A model generated the notes under the pieces. It was not told where the DNA came from, ran no database searches, and was given only the letters and a program-made list of their open reading frames with translations. A program made the position numbers and the translations under genes. A DNA stretch of 63,132 nt, the filler included, from Octopus bimaculoides (lineage: Eukaryota): NCBI RefSeq assembly GCF_001194135.2. It is 4 parts of 4 records of this genome, joined end to end, with 100 filler letters (N's around TTAATTAATTAA, not from the genome) between each part and the next. Parts side by side here need not be neighbours in the genome. Positions count along the whole stretch, not along the records: positions 61,879 to 63,132 come from NC_068982.1; 3 more parts are not named here. One strand, 5' to 3'. Positions 62,392 to 63,132 of the stretch are shown here, one piece after another. The stretch's first letter is position 1. The number at the start of each line of letters is the position of its first letter.

Positions 62392-63132
62392 CACATAAAT
62401 ATATACATACATAAATATGTGCAGATGTATATACACATATGCATGTATACGTACGTGTATGTACATACCTACATCTACATGTATATACAAATGCATATCT
62501 GGGTACAGGACGTCACAAAAAACGTGGACAAAATGAAAAACAGAACATAAACCGAGTACAGAAAACACACAGGCCACATAGAGAGCATTTCCTTCATCAG
62601 CTGCCACCATTCTAAAACTAAGCGTTTCGAAGCGTTAGGGCAGGACGCATTGTTAGAATGGTTCTTCCCGCGGAAACAAATTAAATTTGTAATGCGGAGG
62701 AACATCGTAGCGAACAGAAAATGACAGGAAAACGAAACAGTAAAAATAAACAAGAAACGCTAGTAGGGCCAGACGTGAAAAAATATATATGTATACTGCA
62801 CGCTGTGATGAGACGAACTGGAAGGGAGAGAGAAGTTCGTGCTGGCTTGGCAGTAGCCAAGATAAGAGAGGAGGCAGTAGCCGGAGACATATGACCAGCG
62901 AGGGGTAAGGAGAAAGAGTGGTGGAGAGAGAAAAAAGGGGAGGAAGTAGAATATAGGTGAGCAACGAGAGACAGGGAGGAAGAGAGAGAGACAGGGAGGA
63001 CGAGAGAGAGACAGGGAGGACGAGAGAGATATGGTAGTGAAGGGGAGAGGCGACGAACAACAGAAGGAAGAACGAGAGGGGAAGAAAGATACAAAGATAG
63101 ATAGAGTCATATATATATATATATATATATAT

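Noticed and set aside
62590-62635. Type II hammerhead (GAAAC upstream of CTGATGA, minus strand)
   Set aside because: Stems I and II cannot be formed without consuming core nucleotides.

Overview
AT-rich, microsatellite-dense animal genomic DNA with many N gaps. The SINE, RTE, R4/Dong and Penelope families look like those of octopods (probably an Octopus; this is recognition from memory, not a database hit). Three artificial 100-bp spacers (44 N + TTAATTAATTAA + 44 N) show the window is stitched from four scaffolds. Most of the sequence is decayed transposons: RTE, R4/Dong and Tx1 LINEs, tRNA-derived SINEs, mariner, Tc1, Merlin, piggyBac-type MITEs, Helitron ends, a Gypsy element nested in a MITE, and four Penelope-like GIY-YIG fragments. 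The only well-supported host gene is a minus-strand fasciclin (FAS1-domain) gene with two phase-compatible exons at 56078-56225 and 55545-55707, plus weaker candidate upstream and terminal exons. Most notable: an apparently intact minimal hammerhead ribozyme (5953-5995), two degenerate long-stem-II hammerheads (2649-2740, 3606-3718), a 92-bp-arm hairpin (2796-3000), a sharp CpG-decay boundary at about 52 kb, and several splice-bounded micro-exon candidates in the CpG-depleted part. No prokaryotic-type system (CRISPR, operon, rRNA) is present, and I found no clearly new biological system.
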